A stretch of DNA of 11,785 nt. Origin: a virus. The notes beneath the pieces are model-generated. The model searched no databases. It had not been told where the DNA came from and saw only the letters and a program-made list of their open reading frames with translations. The position numbers and the translations under genes were made by a program. Shown piece by piece: positions 1 to 7,205 of the stretch (positions within the stretch are counted from its first letter, which is position 1; the number at the start of each line of letters is the position of its first letter). The DNA lies in the IMG/VR virus record IMGVR_UViG_3300020047_013230; one strand, 5' to 3'.

Positions 1-2
1 CA

Positions 3-3000
3 ACACCTATTGCTAACAATCCTGATGCAACAGTAGATAATTGCTTTCCTATTCAAAAGAAAGAAAAATGGGAACTATACAATACAGCTTACATAACCAA
101 TCAACATAAACTACAATACAATGTATGTTCTCCAAGAACATATCAAGAAGGTGAATTTGCTTATTGGCAATCTACAGAGCTTTATCCAAACAATAAATCT
201 GTTTATGGAGAATTATGTTCTACTCCTATACGTCACCACAAATTTCCAGATAGTACAATAACTCACATTCACGATAAGAAGAACAACTTTCAAGATGTCA
301 ACTACATTTTTCCATTAGGTGTAAAACTATCTGATGATGTCAATATTCAACAAATACTTCTTGAATGTGTAGAAGAAGGAATTCTAACACAAGAAGAGTT
401 TGATAGTATTGGTGGATATAGAATTGTAAGAGGAAACCGTGTAGGAAATGAATCAATTTCTGCAAGAGGAATTGTATTTGATATGTGGAATTATCAGAAA
501 GAAGAACAAACCTATTTCTTTCCTAATTTTCCACTGAATGATTTAAGGAAGAATGATTTTCTTATTCAAGATAAAGACTTGAAGTTTCAGTTTGGAGAAG
601 GACAATTAAATTTGACACTTCCTCTTCCATTGGAATTTCAACCTGCTAATAAATACACATTTCACTCCCCTGATACACATTTCTCCAATCCCACACTTGG
701 AAACACAATTGTTTTTGATGTAGAAGAATACGGACAATCAGAAGGATTCTTCAATAAGTGTGAAGAACAAGCTGAATTAAAAATCCTTCCTGAAGAGCAG
801 TATAATCTCGCTATTGTATTAGGAACAATTCTTGGAGAACTTGTTGAATTTAGAGATGGAGCTACAGGACAAGCTTCTACTATAGGACAATCAGCAGGTA
901 GTATTGTTGGGGGTGCAGTAGGTAGTGCAATTCCGGGAGTAGGAACAGCTATTGGTTCAGGTGTCGGAAGTGTATTAGGAGGACTTATTGGAGGAGCTAT
1001 TTCTGACAATGATGATTTAGATCAATTTTGGAGAGCTAATACAATTCTTTCACAAGTAGAGAAAATTCTTCAATTGTTTAAACTGTTAGCTAATTACGAA
1101 AACTATCATTGGCAATTTCAAACAGTAGGAAAATATACAAACTATGCTGTTGTTCCTAATGAAGGAAACAAAATTAGAAAGATTGAAACTTCTGCTTATT
1201 TGAATAGTGATAGATTGTCACTTAGCTTAAACTCTCCTTCTGTAGTTACAGGAAAAAATTCAATATTTATTAACAATTGGTTAAGAGAATCTTCTGTATT
1301 TCTTCAAACAAACAAAGGTGTTCCAAACGCAGGAAGTGTAAGTGGAGTAATTGATAACAGCAGATATCCAATTTCACAATCTGTAAAAGGTTGTGATTAC
1401 ACAGAAAATTTGATAGAGTATCGCAATACATCTGCATACTATACAACAATTAAAAATGAACGCTTAAATCAATATGGTAGTGTAGGTGATATAGATTGGC
1501 TTCCAACAGGATGTGACGTATTTCCAATTACAGAAAAATTTAAAGTATTTGGGGGAGATAAATTTATAGGAAGGTTTGCATTAAAAATCAAGCATCCGTT
1601 CTTTACTCGTACACTTTTTAGATTACCAAATGATAGTGATATACTGTATTCAGAACACCCTAACGTAGCATTTCCCACCTACTATTTTGATACACAATAC
1701 AAAAGAAACTATACAGAAATTAAAGATGAAGGGGTATTTTCAGCAGCATTGATTTTTCTTATAAGTGCAGGAGGTGCAGAAAGTACAATACAATATATAC
1801 AAAGAAGATATTTGAATAGTGGAAGTTGGATAGATCAAGCAACAGATTGGTTAAATGGATTGGTGGGTTTGAGTAGGGTAGATGAAATATCAGGAGAGAT
1901 AGGTGGATTTTTTAAAAATACACTATTAAATCCTTTTCTATTTTTCAAGAACCCTCCTTCTAATTTAGATTGCAAAGAATCTGCTTACAATGTAGAGAAT
2001 AAGCAGTTTAACGTAAAATCTCTACAAGGAAAAATCTATCTATATTCTTATGGAATTCCATACTTCTTAGTGGAGAGTGATTACAATGTAGATTTGAGAT
2101 ATGCACAAAACACATTAGAAAAAGACTTCTATCCAAGACAACAGGATTTAGATAGTTGGTTACAGGAAAAGAATGTATCTCCTAAATACGATAATTTCTA
2201 TTTCTACAACACTGATTATTCCAAACAGAATCATGAGCAATTTATTTCTAAATATGACATCAATTACAACCCAAATGAGAATTGTAAAATAGAACGTCCT
2301 AACAGAGTGATATATAGCTTACAAGGAGGAGATGTAGAAAATGACAATTTCCGAGATAGCTATTTGTTTAATAGAGGATTGGATTATAAAGATTTTGATT
2401 TCAAGAATGGAAAGCTGCAAGCTATACATCAAATAGAGAATGATAAAGTGTTGATACAGTTTGAAAATGATAGTGTGATGTATGGAGCATATCAAACTCT
2501 TCAAACTGATGTAAGCACAGTGCTTGTAGGAAATGGAAGTATATTTAGTTCTAAACCTCTTGAATTTTCAAAACCAACATTAGGATATTTTGGAACACAG
2601 CATGATGCTTTTCTTTCAACAGAATATGGACACGTTTCTGTTGATGCTAAAAGAGGACAAGTGTTTTTGCTATCTCCTTCTGGAAATGGATTAGAAGAGC
2701 TTTCAAGAGATGGAATGAAGCATTGGTTTAAAAACAATCTTCCTTTCACAATGCAACAGTATTTTCCATCACTGGATATTGATAACGCATACAATGGGAT
2801 AGGAATTAGTTTGTCTTTTGATAAGCGATTTAACAGCTTCTATCTCACAAAACTTGACTATCAACCATTGTACAAAACTATTCAATACATAGATGGAAAA
2901 TTCTTCTATGAGAATAAGGAAATTTCTATTTCAAATGGAAAGTATTTTTGCAACAAATCATGGACAATTTCTTACAATTTCTATAAGAAAGAATGGGTAA

Positions 3001-3665
3001 GCTTTCACTCCTTCACCCCTCACTACTACATTGATGGAATTGATTGGTTCATTACAGGACTAAATGCTCCACAAATGAATTCTAAGCAACTATCTTCTGC
3101 ATGGATACACAACATATCAAATAAGTCTTATCAAGTGTTTTATGGTAAGCTACATCCATTTGTAGTGGAAACAACAAGTAAGTGGGATATGCAATATAAA
3201 AAGCTAACAGATGTTCAATACTTTGCTGATGTAGTGAGAGTGCACAATGAGTTTGATAAGGTGAATGTAAGAACAAATCCATACAATAAATCAATTGTAT
3301 ATACAGATTTTGCTAATACAGGAACAGTGCATTTGATACAATACAATCCTATTGATAGTAGTCACAATTTTGCTTTTCCTAAAAACTACACAACACACAG
3401 AGAAATCATTGTAAATCAGAAGAAAGAATTCTGGACAATTAATGATGTAAAAAACAAAGTGAGAAGTGATAGTGATAACATTCCTAAGTTCATTAATTCA
3501 TGCAACAATGTAGAGAAGTATGTAAATTTAGCAGCAATGGATATGGTGAACAATCAAATGAACAAACACGTAGAAGGAAATCAATTTAAAATACGTTTTG
3601 TTAATGATGATAAGAGCAATTACAAAATAGTACACAAAGCAACTCTAATCAATTCAATGGTATAA
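3..3665 (+). CDS. Large phage structural protein, 5'-truncated by window (crAss-like tail/stabilization-type protein, tentative)
   Basis: The provided ORF starts at an internal Met (483), but the same frame is open back to position 3 (TPIANNPDATVDNCFPIQKKEKWELYNTAYITNQ...GGYRIVRGNRVGNESISARGIVFDMWNY), so the real start is upstream of the window. Long, beta-rich, no enzymatic motif; position at the head of a structural-like block. Family assignment is from memory of crAss-like proteins. Confidence 0.8.
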   Translation, partial: TPIANNPDATVDNCFPIQKKEKWELYNTAYITNQHKLQYNVCSPRTYQEGEFAYWQSTELYPNNKSVYGELCSTPIRHHKFPDSTITHIHDKKNNFQDVNYIFPLGVKLSDDVNIQQILLECVEEGILTQEEFDSIGGYRIVRGNRVGNESISARGIVFDMWNYQKEEQTYFFPNFPLNDLRKNDFLIQDKDLKFQFGEGQLNLTLPLPLEFQPANKYTFHSPDTHFSNPTLGNTIVFDVEEYGQSEGFFNKCEEQAELKILPEEQYNLAIVLGTILGELVEFRDGATGQASTIGQSAGSIVGGAVGSAIPGVGTAIGSGVGSVLGGLIGGAISDNDDLDQFWRANTILSQVEKILQLFKLLANYENYHWQFQTVGKYTNYAVVPNEGNKIRKIETSAYLNSDRLSLSLNSPSVVTGKNSIFINNWLRESSVFLQTNKGVPNAGSVSGVIDNSRYPISQSVKGCDYTENLIEYRNTSAYYTTIKNERLNQYGSVGDIDWLPTGCDVFPITEKFKVFGGDKFIGRFALKIKHPFFTRTLFRLPNDSDILYSEHPNVAFPTYYFDTQYKRNYTEIKDEGVFSAALIFLISAGGAESTIQYIQRRYLNSGSWIDQATDWLNGLVGLSRVDEISGEIGGFFKNTLLNPFLFFKNPPSNLDCKESAYNVENKQFNVKSLQGKIYLYSYGIPYFLVESDYNVDLRYAQNTLEKDFYPRQQDLDSWLQEKNVSPKYDNFYFYNTDYSKQNHEQFISKYDINYNPNENCKIERPNRVIYSLQGGDVENDNFRDSYLFNRGLDYKDFDFKNGKLQAIHQIENDKVLIQFENDSVMYGAYQTLQTDVSTVLVGNGSIFSSKPLEFSKPTLGYFGTQHDAFLSTEYGHVSVDAKRGQVFLLSPSGNGLEELSRDGMKHWFKNNLPFTMQQYFPSLDIDNAYNGIGISLSFDKRFNSFYLTKLDYQPLYKTIQYIDGKFFYENKEISISNGKYFCNKSWTISYNFYKKEWVSFHSFTPHYYIDGIDWFITGLNAPQMNSKQLSSAWIHNISNKSYQVFYGKLHPFVVETTSKWDMQYKKLTDVQYFADVVRVHNEFDKVNVRTNPYNKSIVYTDFANTGTVHLIQYNPIDSSHNFAFPKNYTTHREIIVNQKKEFWTINDVKNKVRSDSDNIPKFINSCNNVEKYVNLAAMDMVNNQMNKHVEGNQFKIRFVNDDKSNYKIVHKATLINSMV

Positions 3666-3669
3666 AAAT

Positions 3670-4842
3670 ATGGAAAAATATTCAAGTATATGGGAAGGAA
3701 AAAGTATTTGGGATGAAGATTCTTCCGATTGGGTGTCCACCATGCTATCGCAAGCTGAACAGGAAGCTCAAACAATGGAAGAGGAACAAGCTCAACAGGA
3801 AGAAGATGACGATGCTTTCATGGATGAACTATTACAGGAGCAGGGAGAAGGAATTGATAGTGATGAAATTGTAAGAAATCAATCTTCAAATTTAGAAGGA
3901 TTATACTCTCCCTCTTCTTCAAATGGAAATTTTAGTGGAATTTATAAGAATGAAGGAGCACGTACAGGACAACCAACTAATCTCAATTCTTCTGCTGTTG
4001 GTAGAGGACAAATGATTAAAGGGACACGTTATGCAATGTATAAAAAAGCAGGAATTTCCAATATAGAAGAAGCAGAACAAGCATACAGAACCAACCCACA
4101 ATTTGAAGAACAAATTAATAATTTGTACAGAGAAGAATTGGATGGTAGAATTCCTGCAAATATTCAAGGAAAACAAAGAGAGTATATGATTGCAAAAGGA
4201 TGGTATACAGGAAATCCTTTTCATAAAGATGATGTTGTTCCACATCCTGAAGCAGGAAACAAAATGACAGCAGGAGAATATGCGCGTAGAGCTACAAAAA
4301 ATCAATATGGAGGATATTCAAACATTAGAGAAGAAAATGGAGAATATGTTGGAGATGATGAAAATGGAGAAGTAGTTACAATCAATCCTATGTATCTAAA
4401 GAGCTATGGATTTAAGAAAAACAAATTTGATTTTCATCTTCCTTCTAATTATGGAATGATGTCACAACCACCAATTCAACTTCCTGAAGTGGAAATTAAA
4501 GGAAAAAGAAATTCTAATGCTTCACAAGAAGATCCCACTATTCTTTCTCCAATCAGAGATATATTCGGAGCAATTGTAGATGAACAATCTAAAGTGGAAG
4601 ATAAGAAGTTTCTTTCAAATATTCCTTCCGATGTCTATGATTTGTTTAAAGATGTTCGTACATTTGCTAAGAACAAAGCTAATACAGCTATTGATGCTAT
4701 AAATACAGGATTGGACACAACAATTTCTTATTTGGGAGATCAGCAGAACAATGAGAATATTGCTAAAGCAAACAAGTGGTTAGCTGATGAGAGATACACT
4801 CCTGTCAGAAACAGTAGAAACAAAAAAAGAGCTTACATCTAA
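3670..4842 (+). CDS. 390-aa conserved phage protein, probably virion-associated (crAss-like)
   Basis: ORF starts 4 nt after the preceding stop; acidic low-complexity N-terminus (EEEQAQQEEDDD) followed by YAMYKKAGISNIEEAEQAYRTNPQFEEQINNLYREELDGRIP and a QYGG motif also seen in the 819-aa protein. Confidence 0.8.
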   Translation: MEKYSSIWEGKSIWDEDSSDWVSTMLSQAEQEAQTMEEEQAQQEEDDDAFMDELLQEQGEGIDSDEIVRNQSSNLEGLYSPSSSNGNFSGIYKNEGARTGQPTNLNSSAVGRGQMIKGTRYAMYKKAGISNIEEAEQAYRTNPQFEEQINNLYREELDGRIPANIQGKQREYMIAKGWYTGNPFHKDDVVPHPEAGNKMTAGEYARRATKNQYGGYSNIREENGEYVGDDENGEVVTINPMYLKSYGFKKNKFDFHLPSNYGMMSQPPIQLPEVEIKGKRNSNASQEDPTILSPIRDIFGAIVDEQSKVEDKKFLSNIPSDVYDLFKDVRTFAKNKANTAIDAINTGLDTTISYLGDQQNNENIAKANKWLADERYTPVRNSRNKKRAYI

Positions 4843-5162
4843 TGGAGAAGGAATTTTCAAAATACGACAAAGCAGCTATCAAATGGTTTAGTGAAGAGTT
4901 TGGAATGGATGAAGAAGAAGTGAAAAAACAATATGTTCCTATGACAAAGGAAGGAGAAAAATTGATTAAATCTATTCCTCTTACTAAAAAAGAATTGATT
5001 GCAAAAGATATTGAATTTTTACAAAAAAGACTACTTATTGCAAACTTCTATCAAAAAGGAGAAGGGATGCAAGCAGACTATGCTATTGATATTCCAGAAT
5101 ACAGAGAAAATTTACAAGATGAAATGATGAAACTTATTAAAAAATACTTAGAATGCAAATAA
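4842..5162 (+). CDS. Small hypothetical phage protein (106 aa)
   Basis: TAATG overlap with the upstream stop; complete ORF, charged helical composition. Confidence 0.75.
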   Translation: MEKEFSKYDKAAIKWFSEEFGMDEEEVKKQYVPMTKEGEKLIKSIPLTKKELIAKDIEFLQKRLLIANFYQKGEGMQADYAIDIPEYRENLQDEMMKLIKKYLECK

Positions 5163-5536
5163 ATCTCAAACCTAAAACCAACTATGTAAATCTTATATCA
5201 AGATTGTTTCATGCAAGAACACAGCTTCACATATATCATTTACAAACTTCTTCTTACGCTCAACACATTGCGTTGAATGAAATGTATGATGGAGTCCTTA
5301 CTTTTGCAGATAGTATAGCAGAAGCAATGCAAGGGAAAGATGGAATGCTAAGAGGATATACATCTTATCCTTTTGCAGAAGATAATGCTCCTATTCCATT
5401 TTTAGAATCACTAAGAAAAGAAGTAAATAAATTCAGACTTACATTAGATAAAGATTGTGAAAACATTGATAATGAAATCCAATCACTGATGACTTTAATA
5501 GACAGTACATTATACAAACTGAAATTCTTACACTAA
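5153..5536 (+). CDS. Small hypothetical phage protein (127 aa)
   Basis: 10-nt overlap with upstream ORF, co-directional. Confidence 0.75.
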   Translation: MQINLKPKTNYVNLISRLFHARTQLHIYHLQTSSYAQHIALNEMYDGVLTFADSIAEAMQGKDGMLRGYTSYPFAEDNAPIPFLESLRKEVNKFRLTLDKDCENIDNEIQSLMTLIDSTLYKLKFLH

Positions 5537-5794
5537 ATGAGAGACTATATTATTACAGGATTTGAAAATAACGATTGGAGATTTGATTCCAAAAGTGAAT
5601 TAGAGAAAGAGCAGGAATACATATTTAAAAGAAATTATGATAATAGCTGTGTTACAGCTACATTCTATTATCCACAAAAAGAATTGCTCATAGAAGATGC
5701 TCCTGCATACACACAAACAATTTCTACATTGTTTAACGGAAAGCTGCGAAGTTTAGCTGATTTAGCAATTTTAAATCAATTGCTGTTTGTTTAA
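5537..5794 (+). CDS. Small hypothetical phage protein (85 aa)
   Basis: Starts immediately after the preceding stop; ends 6 nt before the 3' end of the convergent tRNA-Phe. Confidence 0.7.
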   Translation: MRDYIITGFENNDWRFDSKSELEKEQEYIFKRNYDNSCVTATFYYPQKELLIEDAPAYTQTISTLFNGKLRSLADLAILNQLLFV

Positions 5795-5800
5795 TTGTAG

Positions 5801-5873
5801 TGGAGACAGTTGGTTTTGATCCAACCTCTATGCGTCTTCAGCGCATCGCTTTCACCAGATTAGCTTCATCTCC
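5801..5873 (-). tRNA. tRNA-Phe (GAA)
   Basis: Minus strand folds as GGAGATG AA GCTAATCTGGTGAAAGC G ATGCG-CTGAAGA-CGCAT AGAG GTTGG-ATCAAAA-CCAAC TGTCTCC A: 7-bp acceptor (two G-U), 5-bp anticodon and T stems. T-loop is atypical (ATCAAAA). Confidence 0.85.
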
Positions 5874-5879
5874 ATAGTT

Positions 5880-5951
5880 GAGGGAGTGTAAGAGTCCAAC
5901 TTACATATTAAACGTTAACAGCGTTTCCCTTTAGCATTAAGGTAACTCCCC
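5880..5951 (-). tRNA. tRNA-Asn (GTT), unusual D/T loops
   Basis: Minus strand: GGGGAGT TA CCTT-AATGCTA-AAGG G AAACG-CTGTTAA-CGTTT AATAT GTAAG-TTGGACT-CTTAC ACTCCCT C. All four stems pair; anticodon GTT. Confidence 0.8.
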
Positions 5952-5965
5952 TTGTAATTTGTTAG

Positions 5966-6036
5966 AGCGAATATTCGGATTTGAACCGAAAACAAAACAT
6001 CGGAAGTGTCTCATGTTACCATTACACCATACTCGC
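5966..6036 (-). tRNA. tRNA-Gly (TCC)
   Basis: Minus strand: GCGAGTA TG GTGT-AATGGTA-ACAT G AGACA-CTTCCGA-TGTTT TGTT TTCGG-TTCAAAT-CCGAA TATTCGC T. Confidence 0.93.
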
Positions 6037-6042
6037 TTATAG

Positions 6043-6115
6043 AGCTTCTATTAGGGTTCAAACCTAAAACCTTCTGATTACAAGTCAGATGCACTATCAA
6101 TTGTGCTATAGAAGC
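6043..6115 (-). tRNA. tRNA-Thr (TGT)
   Basis: Minus strand: GCTTCTA TA GCAC-AATTGATA-GTGC A TCTGA-CTTGTAA-TCAGA AGGTT TTAGG-TTTGAAC-CCTAA TAGAAGC T; perfect stems. Confidence 0.95.
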
Positions 6116-6124
6116 AAATAGTTG

Positions 6125-6198
6125 CAGTGTACATGGGGAACGATCCCACAATCTCCGGAGTGACAGTCCAGCGTGTTACCATTTAACACTTCTACACT
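6125..6198 (-). tRNA. tRNA-Asp (GTC), atypical T-loop
   Basis: Minus strand: AGTGTAG AA GTGT-TAAATGGTA-ACAC G CTGGA-CTGTCAC-TCCGG AGATT GTGGG-ATCGTTC-CCCAT GTACACT G; one acceptor mismatch (G7-G66), discriminator G as expected for Asp. Confidence 0.85.
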
Positions 6199-6213
6199 AT
6201 TTGTATTTTTCTG

Positions 6214-6284
6214 TTCCTCCAGATGGTACTGACCCATCTTCTTTCTATTAAAAGTAGAAAGCTTCACCTTAAAGCTTTGAAGGA
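6214..6284 (-). tRNA. tRNA-Lys (TTT), atypical T-loop
   Basis: Minus strand: TCCTTCA AA GCTT-TAAGGTG-AAGC T TTCTA-CTTTTAA-TAGAA AGAA GATGG-GTCAGTA-CCATC TGGAGGA A; all stems pair (one T-G in acceptor), T-loop lacks canonical U54/A58. Confidence 0.8.
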
Positions 6285-6302
6285 GTTTGAATCACTATAA
6301 AA

Positions 6303-6333
6303 CAAAAAAGTTCTTTCCTTGTGAGAAAGAACT
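6303..6333 (-). terminator. Rho-independent terminator (unit C)
   Basis: Minus strand AGTTCTTTC-TCACAAG-GAAAGAACT followed by TTTTT: 9-bp stem plus U-tract. Confidence 0.85.
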
Positions 6334-6433
6334 GTAAATGTTGTAATTTTGTTAGAAATTTACAAATACAATTCTTCCCTTGAGAACTTATCCCCAAAGT
6401 TAAAATTTGTTGTATTTGTTTTTCCTGTGTTCA
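6303..6433 (-). ncRNA. Candidate phage small RNA / leader RNA (unit C) between tRNA-Trp and tRNA-Lys
   Basis: Bounded by promoter 6439-6469 and terminator 6303-6333; perfect 10-bp long-range inverted repeat ACAAATACAA (6362-6371) / TTGTATTTGT (6410-6419); no CDS longer than 24 codons on this strand. Confidence 0.55.
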
Positions 6434-6438
6434 TAATG

Positions 6439-6469
6439 CAAAGATATATTATTAGAATATCAATGTCAA
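6439..6469 (-). promoter_or_regulatory. Bacteroidota-type promoter (unit C)
   Basis: Minus strand TTG-N20-TATCTTTG (TAnnTTTG -7 element), context cTTGACATTG...TATCTTTGCAT. Confidence 0.7.
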
Positions 6470-6495
6470 GTGTTTTAGCAAATTTATTTTTTTAG

Positions 6496-6566
6496 GACAT
6501 CCGCAGAGATTCGAACTCTAATGATGAGATTTTGGAGATCTATCAGCACAACCTACGCTCGAATGT
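6496..6566 (-). tRNA. tRNA-Trp (CCA), degenerate D-arm
   Basis: Minus strand: ACATTCG...CTCCAAA anticodon loop...TAGAG-TTCGAAT-CTCTG CGGATGT C; 7-bp acceptor ACATTCG/CGGATGT, canonical T-loop; D-arm short and anticodon stem has one terminal mismatch. Confidence 0.8.
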
Positions 6567-6572
6567 ATGTAG

Positions 6573-6644
6573 ACAAGAAACGGGATTCGAACCCTATCTA
6601 ACAGATCCACAATCTGTCGTGCTAACCAATGACACTATTTCTTG
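6573..6644 (-). tRNA. tRNA-His (GTG), imperfect T-stem
   Basis: Minus strand: CAAGAAA TA GTGT-CATTGGTTA-GCAC G ACAGA-TTGTGGA-TCTGT TAGA ...GGG-TTCGAAT-CCC... TTTCTTG; acceptor, D and anticodon stems pair, only 3 bp supported in T-stem. Confidence 0.78.
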
Positions 6645-6646
6645 AG

Positions 6647-6717
6647 TTCCTTCATCTGGTTTCGAACCAAAACTAAATCCTCCAAAGGGATTTGTGCTAC
6701 CGTTACACTATAAAGGA
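6647..6717 (-). tRNA. tRNA-Gln (TTG)
   Basis: Minus strand: TCCTTTA TA GTGT-AACGGTA-GCAC A AATCC-CTTTGGA-GGATT TAGT TTTGG-TTCGAAA-CCAGA TGAAGGA A. Confidence 0.93.
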
Positions 6718-6728
6718 ATATACTTAGA

Positions 6729-6801
6729 TCGGGTGAGAAGGTATCGAACCTTCTAATAGATGCTTCCAATGCACCCACGCTTAAACCATAGTCACCACCC
6801 G
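6729..6801 (-). tRNA. tRNA-Pro (TGG)
   Basis: Minus strand: CGGGTGG...GGTGC-ATTGGAA-GCATC ... GAAGG-TTCGATA-CCTTC TCACCCG A; acceptor, anticodon and T stems pair; D-arm weak. Confidence 0.85.
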
Positions 6802-6808
6802 TATAAAC

Positions 6809-6841
6809 AAAAAAATCCCTCCATAACGAAATGAAGGGATT
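6809..6841 (-). terminator. Rho-independent terminator (unit B)
   Basis: Minus strand AATCCCT-N14-AGGGATT followed by TTTTT; lies 8-13 nt upstream of tRNA-Pro. Confidence 0.75.
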
Positions 6842-6950
6842 GAATGATAAAACTAATATTTTATTGTTTTAACACATCTTTCCCATCAACATCCAATGTT
6901 GTTGCGGAACGGGACAATGTGTTGTACAATTTTTCATGTTTTAATTTCTA
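6809..6950 (-). ncRNA. Candidate phage small RNA / leader RNA (unit B) upstream of tRNA-Pro
   Basis: Promoter 6956-6986 and terminator 6809-6841 bracket nested inverted repeats AACACAT/ATGTGTT (6871-6877/6917-6923), TCCC/GGGA (6881-6884/6911-6914), CAACAT/ATGTTG (6887-6892/6896-6901). Confidence 0.55.
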
Positions 6951-6955
6951 AGATG

Positions 6956-6986
6956 CAAACATACACAATTAAAAATCAATTGTCAA
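6956..6986 (-). promoter_or_regulatory. Bacteroidota-type promoter (unit B)
   Basis: Minus strand TTG-N20-TATGTTTG, context cTTGACAATTG...TATGTTTGCAT; TAnnTTTG -7 consensus. Confidence 0.72.
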
Positions 6987-7011
6987 GAAAAACTTCAATT
7001 ATTTTTTTAAC

Positions 7012-7046
7012 ACAAAAAAACTCCTCCACTTATACAAATGGAGGAG
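7012..7046 (-). terminator. Rho-independent terminator (unit A)
   Basis: Minus strand CTCCTCCA-TTTGTATAAG-TGGAGGAG-TTTTTTT: 8-bp GC-rich stem plus 7-nt U-tract. Confidence 0.92.
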
Positions 7047-7201
7047 AAACAAAAATGAAACCAAAACAAAAATTCAAATATTCGGAAAGAACTTCAATAC
7101 TGTCCATTCTTTTACAAATTCCCTTACTTCGGAATTCAACCTAAAAGTTTTCCAGTTTCAGCTAACACACTGTGTTTTGATTGGGAATGTAGGAAACTGG
7201 A
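7012..7201 (-). ncRNA. Candidate phage small RNA (unit A)
   Basis: Promoter 7206-7236 and terminator 7012-7046 bracket a perfect 11-bp inverted repeat TTTCCAGTTTC/GAAACTGGAAA (7149-7159/7193-7203) at the predicted 5' end, an inner AACAC/GTGTT hairpin (7164-7176), and an AATTCC/GGAATT hairpin (7117-7122/7131-7136). Confidence 0.62.
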
Positions 7202-7205
7202 AATG

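Noticed and set aside
662-4305. Minus-strand ORFs at 662-1009, 1469-1678, 2319-2504, 2501-2794, 3082-3294 and 3919-4305
   Set aside because: Fully antisense to strong plus-strand coding genes, Cys/Ser-rich low-information translations typical of shadow ORFs.
6360-6434. 24-codon minus-strand ORF MNTGKTNTTNFNFGDKFSREELYL in unit C
   Set aside because: Starts almost at the predicted transcript start and could be a leaderless leader peptide, but it overlaps the 10-bp stem and there is no support beyond length. Kept only as an alternative reading.
6496-6717. Possible stop-codon reassignment (suppressor tRNA) as seen in some crAss-like phages
   Set aside because: Trp tRNA has anticodon CCA and Gln tRNA has TTG, neither reads a stop codon; TGA and TAA terminate the window's genes at sensible operon overlaps.
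6869-6937. 22-codon minus-strand ORF MKNCTTHCPVPQQHWMLMGKMC in unit B
   Set aside because: Coincides with nested inverted repeats that better explain the sequence; this length is common by chance.
6896-7144. Plus-strand 82-aa ORF MLLRNGTMCC...
   Set aside because: Lies across two sRNA units and a terminator on the opposite strand; composition (KNS/T rich) looks non-coding and it has no neighbours in its orientation.
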